Positions 9,669 through 19,459 of a DNA stretch of 64,000 bases are shown here, in pieces (position 1 is the stretch's first letter; each line of letters opens with the position of its first letter). The stretch covers positions 32,001-96,000 of the forward strand of contig JBDRSV010000010.1 of assembly GCA_043824495.1 (NCBI GenBank), given 5' to 3'. This DNA comes from Candidatus Aenigmatarchaeota archaeon. Its GTDB lineage: Archaea > Aenigmatarchaeota > Aenigmatarchaeia > QMZP01. Made by a program: the position numbers and the translations under genes. Under the pieces are notes generated by a model. It worked only from the letters and a program-made list of their open reading frames with translations. It was not told the origin of the DNA and did no database searches.

Positions 9669-10178
9669 CTAAATATCCATTTTTCTGGCTATTTTCTTAT
9701 CTATTAATAGATTTGCATTCTCTTCAGGTATGTTAGCAACATCCCCTTTCCTGAATGGGCCATAATTCTCCATATCTATACCAACAAATTCGGGTAAATC
9801 ATCAAGTAATGCTATAGATCCTAATTTTCTAGGTTCTCCCTCTGTCGATACCTTTCTCTTTTTCTGAAAATCTTTTATATTTTTCACAACAATTTCGAAG
9901 AACTCTTGTTCTTCTGATGTCATATTATCTGAAATTACACCAGATCTTATGAAAGATAAGCTAAGAGAAAGAAGCTTTCTCTCCCTCACTTCCAATAAAT
10001 CTTGAACTATTCTTTTTATAGATTCAAGCTCCCACACTTCTTCTTTTCCTGAGATTTTAGATTTATTTTCTATATAACTCTTTACATCAGTAAAGAAGCC
10101 TTCTGGAAGACTTGTTAGGCTTTTTGCAGCCTTTTCATCATTTACGATTTTCATTATTGTTTCGTACGTTAGAAGCAT
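9669..10178 (-). CDS. GINS subunit (Gins15/51-type)
   Basis: Helical A domain plus C-terminal B domain (VGIDMENYGPFRKGDVANIP); position between primase and rpl44e. Confidence 0.8.
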   Translation of the reverse strand: MLLTYETIMKIVNDEKAAKSLTSLPEGFFTDVKSYIENKSKISGKEEVWELESIKRIVQDLLEVRERKLLSLSLSFIRSGVISDNMTSEEQEFFEIVVKNIKDFQKKRKVSTEGEPRKLGSIALLDDLPEFVGIDMENYGPFRKGDVANIPEENANLLIDKKIARKMDI

Positions 10179-11451
10179 ATTTTCTCCTCTTTTTAATTGG
10201 CGTTGCTTTTTTAATAGAGTAATTTACAGGATTTTTAATTGTTTTCTTGTGGCCTCCACATTGCGAATCTGGTTTACATACCCCAAAGTCAGTGTACCAT
10301 CCCTTATATTCACAGTTTGGTGGAAGTAATATCTTATTTCTGTTTTTATGCCATCTTACCTGCATTCTTATGTAATTCTCATTGATTGGTGGATTATTCT
10401 TTGTGTTCCACTCAAAAATCTTAGCTTCTATTTCTTCCCAGCTCCACTTCAGCGAAGAGAAGAAATTTATCAGTGTGAAAACAGATCGCTTTTTCCCATC
10501 AGATAAACCATTCAGAATATTATGAATGCATGGTGGAGCAAAGTCCAAAGGAATTTTTTTAGTTATCTGAGCTCTTTGTACTAGCTCTTTTGTTTTTTGT
10601 TTTTCATATTTAGAGCTCCAATCAATTGCCTCTGCGACTAAAACTTGGGCTTCGTTTTCTTTTTTATGAATTAGAAAGTTTTCTTTTACTTTTATTTTAG
10701 CTGGATCAGCTGTTTCTCTTTTGAATCCTGGAAGATCATGAACTGAGAGTGGTAAAGAAAAGAATCCGCTTGTTTTGTGTAGAGAATATGGCATGCGAAC
10801 TAAATGTCTAGGTGAAATCATTACAGGATCAACGTCAACTATTTCATATGGTTTCAGTTCCTCGCCATCCAATATTTCTTCTTTACTTTTTCCTGTTTTT
10901 TCTACGAGTTCTTCTATAGAAAAACTCTTTAAAATAGCGTCTCTAAGAATGTCTTTTGTAAAATCTTTCAAATAAGAAACTATGCTTCTAGGCAAATCTG
11001 GATACATTTCAACTGTTGGTTTGTAGTCTATTTTATCAGGAATTGCTTCCCATGGAATACCCAGATGAAATCCTTTATTTCCAGAGAATTTAATAGAAGG
11101 AATGATACCATGTTTTTTCAATACTTGAACAAAAACTAAAGCGCCTATTTTTCCATGCTCAAAGTCCTTACAATCGAGATCAAGTAATAGGTCCCATCCA
11201 GATCTCATTTTTGAATAATTGTCAGTTTTTAGAGCCATTGGATTTGACCATCTTTCAATAGAATAGTGAAATTCAACTACACCCGATCTAGCCATGGATA
11301 CAATATCTTTTGGGTATCTGATTGTGTTGGGTCTTGTTCCAAATCCCCCATTCCTGAAAACACCCACAACTTCTCTGCCTTCAGCTGATTTCAGCATAGC
11401 TTGTTGTACATCATCTCTAGAATAGTATTCATAGATCTTTCCAAGATTCAT
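10138..11451 (-). CDS. Fused DNA primase PriS-PriL (DPANN-type)
   Basis: N-terminal AEP motifs (WDLLLDLD, FSGNKGFHL, RMPYSLH) plus PriL Fe-S domain (PPCI...PPNC...VCKPD..C..KNPVNY). Confidence 0.9.
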   Translation of the reverse strand: MNLGKIYEYYSRDDVQQAMLKSAEGREVVGVFRNGGFGTRPNTIRYPKDIVSMARSGVVEFHYSIERWSNPMALKTDNYSKMRSGWDLLLDLDCKDFEHGKIGALVFVQVLKKHGIIPSIKFSGNKGFHLGIPWEAIPDKIDYKPTVEMYPDLPRSIVSYLKDFTKDILRDAILKSFSIEELVEKTGKSKEEILDGEELKPYEIVDVDPVMISPRHLVRMPYSLHKTSGFFSLPLSVHDLPGFKRETADPAKIKVKENFLIHKKENEAQVLVAEAIDWSSKYEKQKTKELVQRAQITKKIPLDFAPPCIHNILNGLSDGKKRSVFTLINFFSSLKWSWEEIEAKIFEWNTKNNPPINENYIRMQVRWHKNRNKILLPPNCEYKGWYTDFGVCKPDSQCGGHKKTIKNPVNYSIKKATPIKKRRKYASNVRNNNENRK

Positions 11452-11483
11452 GTAGAAAAATTGTAATAAAGAAATAAAAGAGC

Positions 11484-12647
11484 TTATTTTCTGAAAATCA
11501 TGAAGACAAGTCCAGATATTACAATAAAGGTTATAATTGCATATACGTACATGCTTTGCACTCCAATCAAATCTGCAGTTATACCAAATACAAATAGTAG
11601 AGCAGCTAGTAAAGGCTGCTTTGTGAAACTAGATATTGATAAAATAGTGGTTCTGTTATTTGATTTTATATTCTTATTTATCTCGTCCTCGAGAACTATT
11701 CTATTAAATCCTTCAGCAAATCTAGTTATAATCACAGCTATGATAATTATTAATCCAAATCCAAATGCCTGGCCTAAGAAGCTGAGTAGAATCAAACCAA
11801 AGCCCAAAAATAAGAGGCCCTTGAATCCGATATGTTTTTCTAATCTGTGAATTGTCTCTCCGCCTAATCCCATAACTACTCGCATAATAGCGTATATAAC
11901 ACCGAAATAAATAACACTTAGGCCTGAGATTAGAAGTAATGGTTGTGTAAATGTAGCACTCATGAAAATGAAAGAAGCTACAATCGTATTCACCAATAAA
12001 GCAAATAATAATTTTTTATTTGAACCAATTTCTTTGAAAGATTCGAGTAATTTCTTATTGTAAAGGGAAAGAGTATCTTTCTGTTTCTTCAGTTTTGTAG
12101 GTTCAACAAAAAGTGATGCAGATATGAAAGATCCTACAAAAAAGAAAATTCCTATCAAGAAAGGAAGTTTAGTATCAATCACATAAATTACAGGAATGGT
12201 AAGCAGAACAAGCGCATTTATGACATGAGAATATAGCACAACCCGTCCATTGAATTTCTTAAATTCTGATGTTCTTTTCAGTTTAACTAGAGTGTCATAA
12301 AGTAGAGCATTCCTGGTTCCTGTTACAAAGGCTCCTGCAATGCCATATGCGAGGGCTGCTAGCAAGAAATAAGCAAAAGAATCTCCTATGAAATAGAGAA
12401 ACATTGTTAATGCACCGAAAACTGAATGAAGAAGAAGGGATTTTTTCTTTCCATGTAAATCAGCGAAAACTCCTCCATGAAGTTCTGTGCTTAGAACAAC
12501 AACAGCTGTAACAGCTAATAATATTCCTATTTGTGTATAGTTCAGGTTGTTTAATAAAAAATATATAATAATTATAGGCATCGAGACTCTTTTTATCAAA
12601 GCGCTGTATACGTAGAGTAACGGTATATTCCTATAATAATTAACCAT
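11484..12647 (-). CDS. MFS transporter
   Basis: About 12 TM segments; GVFADLHGKKKSL MFS motif A. Confidence 0.85.
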   Translation of the reverse strand: MVNYYRNIPLLYVYSALIKRVSMPIIIIYFLLNNLNYTQIGILLAVTAVVVLSTELHGGVFADLHGKKKSLLLHSVFGALTMFLYFIGDSFAYFLLAALAYGIAGAFVTGTRNALLYDTLVKLKRTSEFKKFNGRVVLYSHVINALVLLTIPVIYVIDTKLPFLIGIFFFVGSFISASLFVEPTKLKKQKDTLSLYNKKLLESFKEIGSNKKLLFALLVNTIVASFIFMSATFTQPLLLISGLSVIYFGVIYAIMRVVMGLGGETIHRLEKHIGFKGLLFLGFGLILLSFLGQAFGFGLIIIIAVIITRFAEGFNRIVLEDEINKNIKSNNRTTILSISSFTKQPLLAALLFVFGITADLIGVQSMYVYAIITFIVISGLVFMIFRK

Positions 12648-12677
12648 AACATAGGTTTGGTTCTCTGAAAATAAAAA

Positions 12678-12995
12678 CTACTTGTGAGCTAATCCAAATA
12701 GTATGGAGTAAACCCCTTTCAGTATTACAATTATTCCGATGTATAGGAAGAAGTGGAAATGCATGCCTGTGAATACTAAATACAAGAATATTCCTGCAAC
12801 AAGATCAAACACTCCTAGAAGATCAAAGTAGAATCCAGCGCCTGCTGCTGTTAATATTGAATATACTCCTTTCAAAATAGCTATGATGAATAAGAAGAAT
12901 ATGAGAGAATTTCCAGTGAAATCAATAATTCCACTAAGGGCTAACGTGAATCCTAACAATAAGTCCAATAATCCTAGTATCATCAGTACAGCCAT
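12678..12995 (-). CDS. Small membrane protein
   Basis: Four hydrophobic helices with an internal repeat (ILKGVYSIL twice). Confidence 0.6.
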   Translation of the reverse strand: MAVLMILGLLDLLLGFTLALSGIIDFTGNSLIFFLFIIAILKGVYSILTAAGAGFYFDLLGVFDLVAGIFLYLVFTGMHFHFFLYIGIIVILKGVYSILFGLAHK

Positions 12996-13025
12996 AACTG
13001 TGTTTTAACAGAAGTATTAATAAGT

Positions 13026-13703
13026 TTACCTGTGATTGTAAGCATCAACAAGTGCTATACTCTGAGTAACACGAGATCCTAGTCTTTTATGTAAAGGAAC
13101 AGGAAAATCATCATCTCCGAATGCGTGATACATGCCGCCTGTGTGGAATTGGGAATCAACTCGAATAATTTCACTAGCTTGAATGTTTTCTCTCTCTTCT
13201 TGGAAAGCTGGATCATCTAGAGGATTGTCACCGATAATTTCAGGTCTTAACATTTCATCAAACCAAGCTGCAATTTCAGGATTTGTATAACTAGCGTCAG
13301 CAAGACTGACAAATAGAGCTCTGAAAGTTTTATAGTCTAGTCTTTCACCTATCGAATTTGAAAGATCAGGAATATTGAAAACAGGAAGAGGTAACTTTGG
13401 ATGATCTACGAAATGAACTTCTGCTCCAGTACTTCTCGCATAATCTATGGCTGCTATAACTTCGTATCCTCCATTACGTTCAATGTCTAGAACCATTTTC
13501 TCATAACCAGGATCGAGTCCATAACTTCTAATTTGTCTTGCTTTCTGATCTCTGATATTCATTATTGTCTCTCTGGCCTGTTCAGGAGAATCTCCTTTAG
13601 GAAATTCAACAGATATAACTTTAGGGCTGTATACACCTAAGAGATAACTAATTCTATTGTATCCTTCTAAGTCAATCTTATGATGTGTTCCTACTATTAT
13701 CAT
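13026..13703 (-). CDS. Hypothetical protein, weak TraB/GumN-like pattern
   Basis: IVGTHH...VISVEF...GYE..AA..YA...GA.V.FVD. Confidence 0.4.
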   Translation of the reverse strand: MIIVGTHHKIDLEGYNRISYLLGVYSPKVISVEFPKGDSPEQARETIMNIRDQKARQIRSYGLDPGYEKMVLDIERNGGYEVIAAIDYARSTGAEVHFVDHPKLPLPVFNIPDLSNSIGERLDYKTFRALFVSLADASYTNPEIAAWFDEMLRPEIIGDNPLDDPAFQEERENIQASEIIRVDSQFHTGGMYHAFGDDDFPVPLHKRLGSRVTQSIALVDAYNHR

Positions 13704-13740
13704 GTGTAGCGGTACACGCGCTTACTTTTAAAGTTTATAC

Positions 13741-14259
13741 TTAATTCTTCAGAACTTTGTAATGAAGCTGAAATTCATCTTCAGAAATAATCTTAGTTTC
13801 TAGTAACTTCATTTTAATTTCAAAATCCTCATCTGCTGATATCTTAATACCATTTCCTATTAAGACAGGTTCAACATCAAAATATACTTCATCTACAAGA
13901 TTCTCCTTCAAGAAAGATGCATTTATTTTTCCTCCGCCTCCAACAAATGCGATTTTAAATCTCTTTTCTTCAAGAAGCTTCAAAACCTCTTTTGGAGATT
14001 TGTCAGTGAAAATAACATTGTCTCCCCATTTATTTTTTATTTTTTTATTTGTCATAACTACATTAAGGCGATCAGGATACGGAAAATTACCATCCTTAAC
14101 ATCACGATCAAATGTTCTTTTCCCTACAATTATATTACCTGCTTTTCTAGTCATTTCATCAAAACATTTCCAAGCGTTCTCAGAAATAAAGCTTGTATCA
14201 TCGTTCTTTGTTGCAATCATGCCATTGGCACTAATTTCCATATATAGTATTACTTTCAT
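13741..14259 (-). CDS. Dihydrofolate reductase/RibD C-terminal domain protein
   Basis: [26 protein letters not shown]...VEPVLIGNG. Confidence 0.85.
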   Translation of the reverse strand: MKVILYMEISANGMIATKNDDTSFISENAWKCFDEMTRKAGNIIVGKRTFDRDVKDGNFPYPDRLNVVMTNKKIKNKWGDNVIFTDKSPKEVLKLLEEKRFKIAFVGGGGKINASFLKENLVDEVYFDVEPVLIGNGIKISADEDFEIKMKLLETKIISEDEFQLHYKVLKN

Positions 14260-16910
14260 ACAACCTCTATACCAGGTTTCCCTGGCTCGGCTCTTAATGC
14301 TTTTAGGGCGCGAGATTCATAACCATGATGAACTTCTATTTTACATTTGAATTCTTTCTCGAGCAATCCTTTTGATTCATCTAAAGCAGTGAATTCTTCA
14401 TTTTCTGATAGAATTTCCTTCATCTTTCCTAAATCTTTTGTGAGGGTTTGAGCAAATCTTAGTGTATCCTTTCCATATTTATTGAATTTAGGATTCTTCA
14501 TTATTGTTGAAACAATTTCTTTAGGATCTTTAGATTCTAGAATTTCTTTGTGAACTTCATATTTCCATGTTGGGCTTACGTATATGATTATTTTTTCATG
14601 TTTCTTATTGACAATTTTTAGTATGTCGTATATGTCTGATTTTGTTTGTTTTACTAAATCTTCCATTTTCATTATTCTATTGTCTATGAGTTTTACATCA
14701 GCTTTAGGCCATGATTCTTGTGAAACAAATCCCTTTCCTATTTTCTCCCAAGATTCTTCCATCATGTGAGGAGCAAATGGAGAAAGTAGTATCACAAAAT
14801 TTTTCAATGCGTAACCAAGTACATTTTTATCCCCGTCAAATTTTTGTAAATCTCCAAAGAATCCCATCAAGCTTCCAACAGCTAGATTGAACTTGAAATT
14901 ATCCATGTAATCTGAAATGTCTTGTATCAGCTTGTTGGTTTTGCTTAATAATATCTTCTCTTTATTTCCAATTTTATTTACATCAAATTTACCAAATGAA
15001 AAATTATTGTCCTGTACGTAGCCATATACACGCATCAAGAATCTATAAGATCCTGCAACACCTTCATCGTTCCATTCTAGTTCTTTTTCTGGAGAAGCTA
15101 AAAAGAGCAAGAAGATGCGAGCAGTATCTATTCCATATTTTTTAGAAATATCTTCTTGACTAACAACATTACCAAATGATTTACTCATCTTCTTACCGTC
15201 TTTTATCACCATGCCCTGAGTGAATAATCTTTTGAAAGGCTCATCAACTTTAGATAAACCAAGTTCTTGGAGAACCTTTGTAATGAATCTAGCATACATA
15301 AGATGTAATATGGCGTGTTCTATTCCGCCTATATATTGATCTACTGGCATCCAATATTTTGCTTTCTCTTTGTCAAACATCGCGTTCTTAGTTGCGCCTG
15401 TATATCTAAAGAAATACCAAGAAGAATCAACGAATGTGTCCATAGTATCTGTTTCTCTTTTTGCTTTTCCACTACATTTTGGACACTTCACATCAGCAAA
15501 AGAAGCAGAAGTTTCTAAAGGGTTTCCTTTGCCAGTGAATTTAACATCTTCTGGAAGCATCACAGGAAGCTGGTTTTCAGGTACAGGAACGATTCCGCAT
15601 TTATCACAATATATGATTGGTATTGGTGTTCCCCAATATCTTTGTCTTGAAATCAGCCAATCTCGAAGCTTGTATTGAGTTGTTTTAGCTCCGAATTTCC
15701 TATCTTCCAACCAGTCAGCCATTTCAGGCAAAGCTTTCCTGTTATTCATTCCGCTGAAATGACCAGAGTCAAATAATATTCCATCGTCTGTGAATGCGTC
15801 TTTGTAATCCTTAGGGTCAATTGATTTACCTTCAGGACTGATAACAAACTTTAATGGAATTTTGTATTTCCTTGCAAATCTGAAATCTCTTTTATCGTGA
15901 GCATCACACATGACTATACCAGAACCATACATGAGAGCAAAGTTTGCAATGTAAATAGGAACTCTTTCTCCATTCACAGGATTAATTGCATATCTGCCTG
16001 TAAAGAACCCTTCTTTCTCTTTTTCTTCATTTACTCTATCTTCAACTTTCTGTTTCAACATTTTCTTTACAAACTCTTTTGCACTCTTTTCATACTTAGT
16101 TCCACCCACAAGATTTTCTATTAAAGGATGTTCAGGAGCTATTCCAAGAAATGTAACACTGTATATAGTGTCACATCTGGTTGTAAACGTAGGTAAAACA
16201 ATCTTGGAATTCTCGAGTTTGAAATGAATATCAATCCCACGACTTCTACCAATCCAGTTTCTTTGCATTGTTTTGACGTTCTCAGGCCAATCTAGCTTAT
16301 CTAAATCGTCTAAAAGTTGATCTGCATATCGGGTTGTTTTGAAGAACCACTGGCTGAGGATTTTCAACTTAACTTTGCTTTTACATCTCCAACATTTTCC
16401 TTGTTCAACTTGCTCATTAGCTAGTACAGTTTTACAATGATTACACCAATTCACTGGAGCTTCTTTTTTGTAAGCTAGTTCTTTCTTATACATCTGTAAA
16501 AATAACCACTGATTCCATTTGTAGTATTGAGGATCACATGTGGATACTTCTCTTGTCCAATCATAACTTAATCCAAGAGCCTTTTGTTGTGCTCTTATAT
16601 TGTCAATTGCTTGCAGAGTGTATTTTTTTGGGTGAGAATTGTTCTTAATTGCAGCATTCTCTGCTGGTAAACCGAGAGCATCATATCCCATTGGATATAA
16701 CACATTAAATCCTTGCATTCTCTTGAATCGAGCAAAACAATCTCCCATTGCATAATTTCTTACGTGACCCATGTGTAATCCGCTTCCAGATGGATACGGA
16801 AACATCTCAAGAACATAATATTTCTTTTTCTTAGAATCTTCTTTCACTTGAAAAATATTAGCTTTCTCCCACTTGTCTTGCCATTTCTTCTCAAGTTTTT
16901 TGAAGTCCAT
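14256..16910 (-). CDS. leuS: Leucyl-tRNA synthetase, bacterial-type core
   Basis: [28 protein letters not shown]. Confidence 0.97.
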   Translation of the reverse strand: MDFKKLEKKWQDKWEKANIFQVKEDSKKKKYYVLEMFPYPSGSGLHMGHVRNYAMGDCFARFKRMQGFNVLYPMGYDALGLPAENAAIKNNSHPKKYTLQAIDNIRAQQKALGLSYDWTREVSTCDPQYYKWNQWLFLQMYKKELAYKKEAPVNWCNHCKTVLANEQVEQGKCWRCKSKVKLKILSQWFFKTTRYADQLLDDLDKLDWPENVKTMQRNWIGRSRGIDIHFKLENSKIVLPTFTTRCDTIYSVTFLGIAPEHPLIENLVGGTKYEKSAKEFVKKMLKQKVEDRVNEEKEKEGFFTGRYAINPVNGERVPIYIANFALMYGSGIVMCDAHDKRDFRFARKYKIPLKFVISPEGKSIDPKDYKDAFTDDGILFDSGHFSGMNNRKALPEMADWLEDRKFGAKTTQYKLRDWLISRQRYWGTPIPIIYCDKCGIVPVPENQLPVMLPEDVKFTGKGNPLETSASFADVKCPKCSGKAKRETDTMDTFVDSSWYFFRYTGATKNAMFDKEKAKYWMPVDQYIGGIEHAILHLMYARFITKVLQELGLSKVDEPFKRLFTQGMVIKDGKKMSKSFGNVVSQEDISKKYGIDTARIFLLFLASPEKELEWNDEGVAGSYRFLMRVYGYVQDNNFSFGKFDVNKIGNKEKILLSKTNKLIQDISDYMDNFKFNLAVGSLMGFFGDLQKFDGDKNVLGYALKNFVILLSPFAPHMMEESWEKIGKGFVSQESWPKADVKLIDNRIMKMEDLVKQTKSDIYDILKIVNKKHEKIIIYVSPTWKYEVHKEILESKDPKEIVSTIMKNPKFNKYGKDTLRFAQTLTKDLGKMKEILSENEEFTALDESKGLLEKEFKCKIEVHHGYESRALKALRAEPGKPGIEVV

Positions 16911-16983
16911 GTAAATCCTGTTATTATATTGTGTTTAGTATAATATTACTGCTTCTCCTGAGGATTTATACAATTTATATTGG

Positions 16984-17131
16984 AAAAAACACAAATAAAA
17001 TTATGGAGAAAGCACAATCAACTAATAGTATGGTCTGGTTCGCTATAATATTCATAATAGCAGCTGCAATTGTTATCAGCTTTCAAATGGCAGATCCTGT
17101 TGGTTCTTTTCTAGCATTTCTAGGAATTTAG
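16984..17131 (+). CDS. Small membrane protein with possible class III (pilin-like) signal
   Basis: Likely start MEKAQSTNSMVWFAIIFIIAAAIVISF. Confidence 0.45.
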
Positions 17132-17173
17132 CATGATATTTATTCTTTCAATGCAAATCGTTTAAAGGGTAAA

Positions 17174-19135
17174 ATGAGTTTTAAAGATCAGAGTCAGGCT
17201 TCAACAATAGTTATCTTCATAATTCTGATAATTGTGGCTACATTCTTCACTTTATTTCAAGCTTCATCCCCTTCTGGATATTTTAGGTCAGTTTTAGAAC
17301 CTATTGATAGCGGTACAGTAAATAAGCAAATTCAGTCCATTGAATCATGGGATATGAGAATGGTAGACGGTTTCCCAAAAACCCTATCGGGTGGAGAGAT
17401 TGTATACTCTGGAATCCCAGAACAAAAAGCTGAAGTTTTTGTTACTGAACATTCTTCTCTTTTTGGAATTGGGTATGTAGAAAATGTTTTAGAACAAAAT
17501 ATTCCGGGAGGAAATAAGATCACTTTTAGACAGATGGAAAACAACCTCCCTGTTATAGATTCTTATATTGGTGTTATTGTCTCGGGTGAGGGCGTGGTAT
17601 ATGCTGTCTCGTCCACAAAAGAAATTCCGAGAGTAAGCCCCTTTCCTAGCATAACTCCTGAGCAATCTTTAGAATTTGCCCTTGCAGATATTGGAGCAAG
17701 CGAAGTTTTAGGAAAAAAAGTAACACTCTCTATATTCCCATCAGATCCACCTAGACTATCTTATGAAATATTCTTATCAGTTGACAACGGGTACATAGAA
17801 CCCTGGAGATTTGTTGTAGATGCACATGACGGTTCCATATTATTAAAGAGTAAATTGGTGCTAGAAGTTGATGGTCAAGTGTTTGATCCAAATCCGATCG
17901 TAAAATTAAATGATGATGATTTAAGGGACACTGATCCTGATGAAGATTTTGAGAATGCTTATTTTGTGAGAGAACTAAAAAATTTAGATCCACCAGTTGG
18001 GGGGTTGTACAGTCTGACAGGAAAATATGTGAATATGACGAATATGATGATTCCAACCAATTATCCACCAACGTCTCCAGACAATTTCATATTTCCTAGA
18101 AGTGATAAAGGTTTTGAAGAAGTGATGGGTTACTATCACATTAATAGAAATCAAGAGTATATACAGAGCCTGGGTTTTGAGATATTAAATATGCCAATAA
18201 GAGTAGATGCTCATGGCCTTTTTAATATGGATAGTTCTTCTTACTTCGGAGAACCTTTTGGGGCAGGATACATTGCCCTAGGAGATGGAGGAGTGGACGA
18301 TGCAGAGGACGCTGATATAATTATTCATGAATATGGGCATGCTATACAAGACAATCAGACAGTTGGTATTTATTTTGGTCGTAATAATAATGGATATGGT
18401 GATGAAACAGGAGCAATGTCCGAGGGGTTTGGTGATTACTGGGCCTTTAGTGTTGGTTATGAAAAATCTCAAGGAACAACATTTGAGACATATATAGGAG
18501 AGTGGGATGCCAAGGGATACACTGATCCGGACACAGATGAACTAACACCCGGAGATTATTTGAGAAGAGTAAATGAAAATAAATACTATCCAAGTAGTAT
18601 GGTTGGTAAAAAACATAATGATAGTGAAATATGGTCTAGATCATTATATGATATATTCACTCAGATAGGAAAAGAAAAAACTGACAGAATTGTTTTATAT
18701 TCACATTATCTTGTTCCAACAAATCCTGATTTTGAGGACGGCGCATTTGCAATAGTTGATGCAAATGAGATATTATATCCTGCATTTGAGCTTGATGGAA
18801 GTGTAATAGGACTGCATCATAATGAAATATGTATTTCTTTTGTTGCAAGAGGAATTCTAACCTCCACCGAGTGTCCTAATATTGATGATATTTCATTATG
18901 CTATGCTGATGAAGTAGGATGTACTGATACTAGTGGATTGCCTTATGATCATTTTTGTAGTGGTCATTCAAGTAAGATATGGGCATGTTCTGCAGAAGAA
19001 ACATGTGTTGTGACAGATGGAGAGTTCTGTGAGCATGGATGTATAGATGGAGTATGTCAAGAAACATCTACTGAAGGAGAGATAGAACAAGACTGTGTAT
19101 ATGATAAGAGACTAGGTATTTGGATCTGCCATTAA
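17174..19135 (+). CDS. Secreted M36 (fungalysin)/M4-like metallopeptidase with FTP/PepSY prodomain and Cys-rich tail
   Basis: N-terminal TM, VDAHDG (PepSY), IIIHEYGH zincin motif, MSEGFGDY, Cys-rich C-terminus. Confidence 0.85.
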   Translation: MSFKDQSQASTIVIFIILIIVATFFTLFQASSPSGYFRSVLEPIDSGTVNKQIQSIESWDMRMVDGFPKTLSGGEIVYSGIPEQKAEVFVTEHSSLFGIGYVENVLEQNIPGGNKITFRQMENNLPVIDSYIGVIVSGEGVVYAVSSTKEIPRVSPFPSITPEQSLEFALADIGASEVLGKKVTLSIFPSDPPRLSYEIFLSVDNGYIEPWRFVVDAHDGSILLKSKLVLEVDGQVFDPNPIVKLNDDDLRDTDPDEDFENAYFVRELKNLDPPVGGLYSLTGKYVNMTNMMIPTNYPPTSPDNFIFPRSDKGFEEVMGYYHINRNQEYIQSLGFEILNMPIRVDAHGLFNMDSSSYFGEPFGAGYIALGDGGVDDAEDADIIIHEYGHAIQDNQTVGIYFGRNNNGYGDETGAMSEGFGDYWAFSVGYEKSQGTTFETYIGEWDAKGYTDPDTDELTPGDYLRRVNENKYYPSSMVGKKHNDSEIWSRSLYDIFTQIGKEKTDRIVLYSHYLVPTNPDFEDGAFAIVDANEILYPAFELDGSVIGLHHNEICISFVARGILTSTECPNIDDISLCYADEVGCTDTSGLPYDHFCSGHSSKIWACSAEETCVVTDGEFCEHGCIDGVCQETSTEGEIEQDCVYDKRLGIWICH

Positions 19136-19411
19136 TTATCTTCCTCTGATTTCAAAATTAGTGAATTCTCCTCTGTATGGGCTCTCTTTTGTTTCAACAG
19201 CTTTTACTAATGCTCCATTAGGACCAATTCTACAAAAATCGAGAAGTTCTGTTATTACGTCATCGTCGCCTTCAAAAACAACCTCTACACCTTCTGGTAT
19301 GTTCTTAACCCAGCCACGTACGCCCATAAGATTAGCTTTGCTCAGGATGCCCATTCTGAAGAAAACACCCTTTACATCACCTTTTATTAGAGCTTGAACT
19401 CGAGTTTTCAT
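19136..19411 (-). CDS. acyP: Acylphosphatase
   Basis: GDVKGVFFR, GWVKN, V.FEG, GP. Confidence 0.9.
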   Translation of the reverse strand: MKTRVQALIKGDVKGVFFRMGILSKANLMGVRGWVKNIPEGVEVVFEGDDDVITELLDFCRIGPNGALVKAVETKESPYRGEFTNFEIRGR

Positions 19412-19459
19412 ACCTTTATCTTTATAATAGTAAATTTTAAATTATTGTTATGAGTTTTC

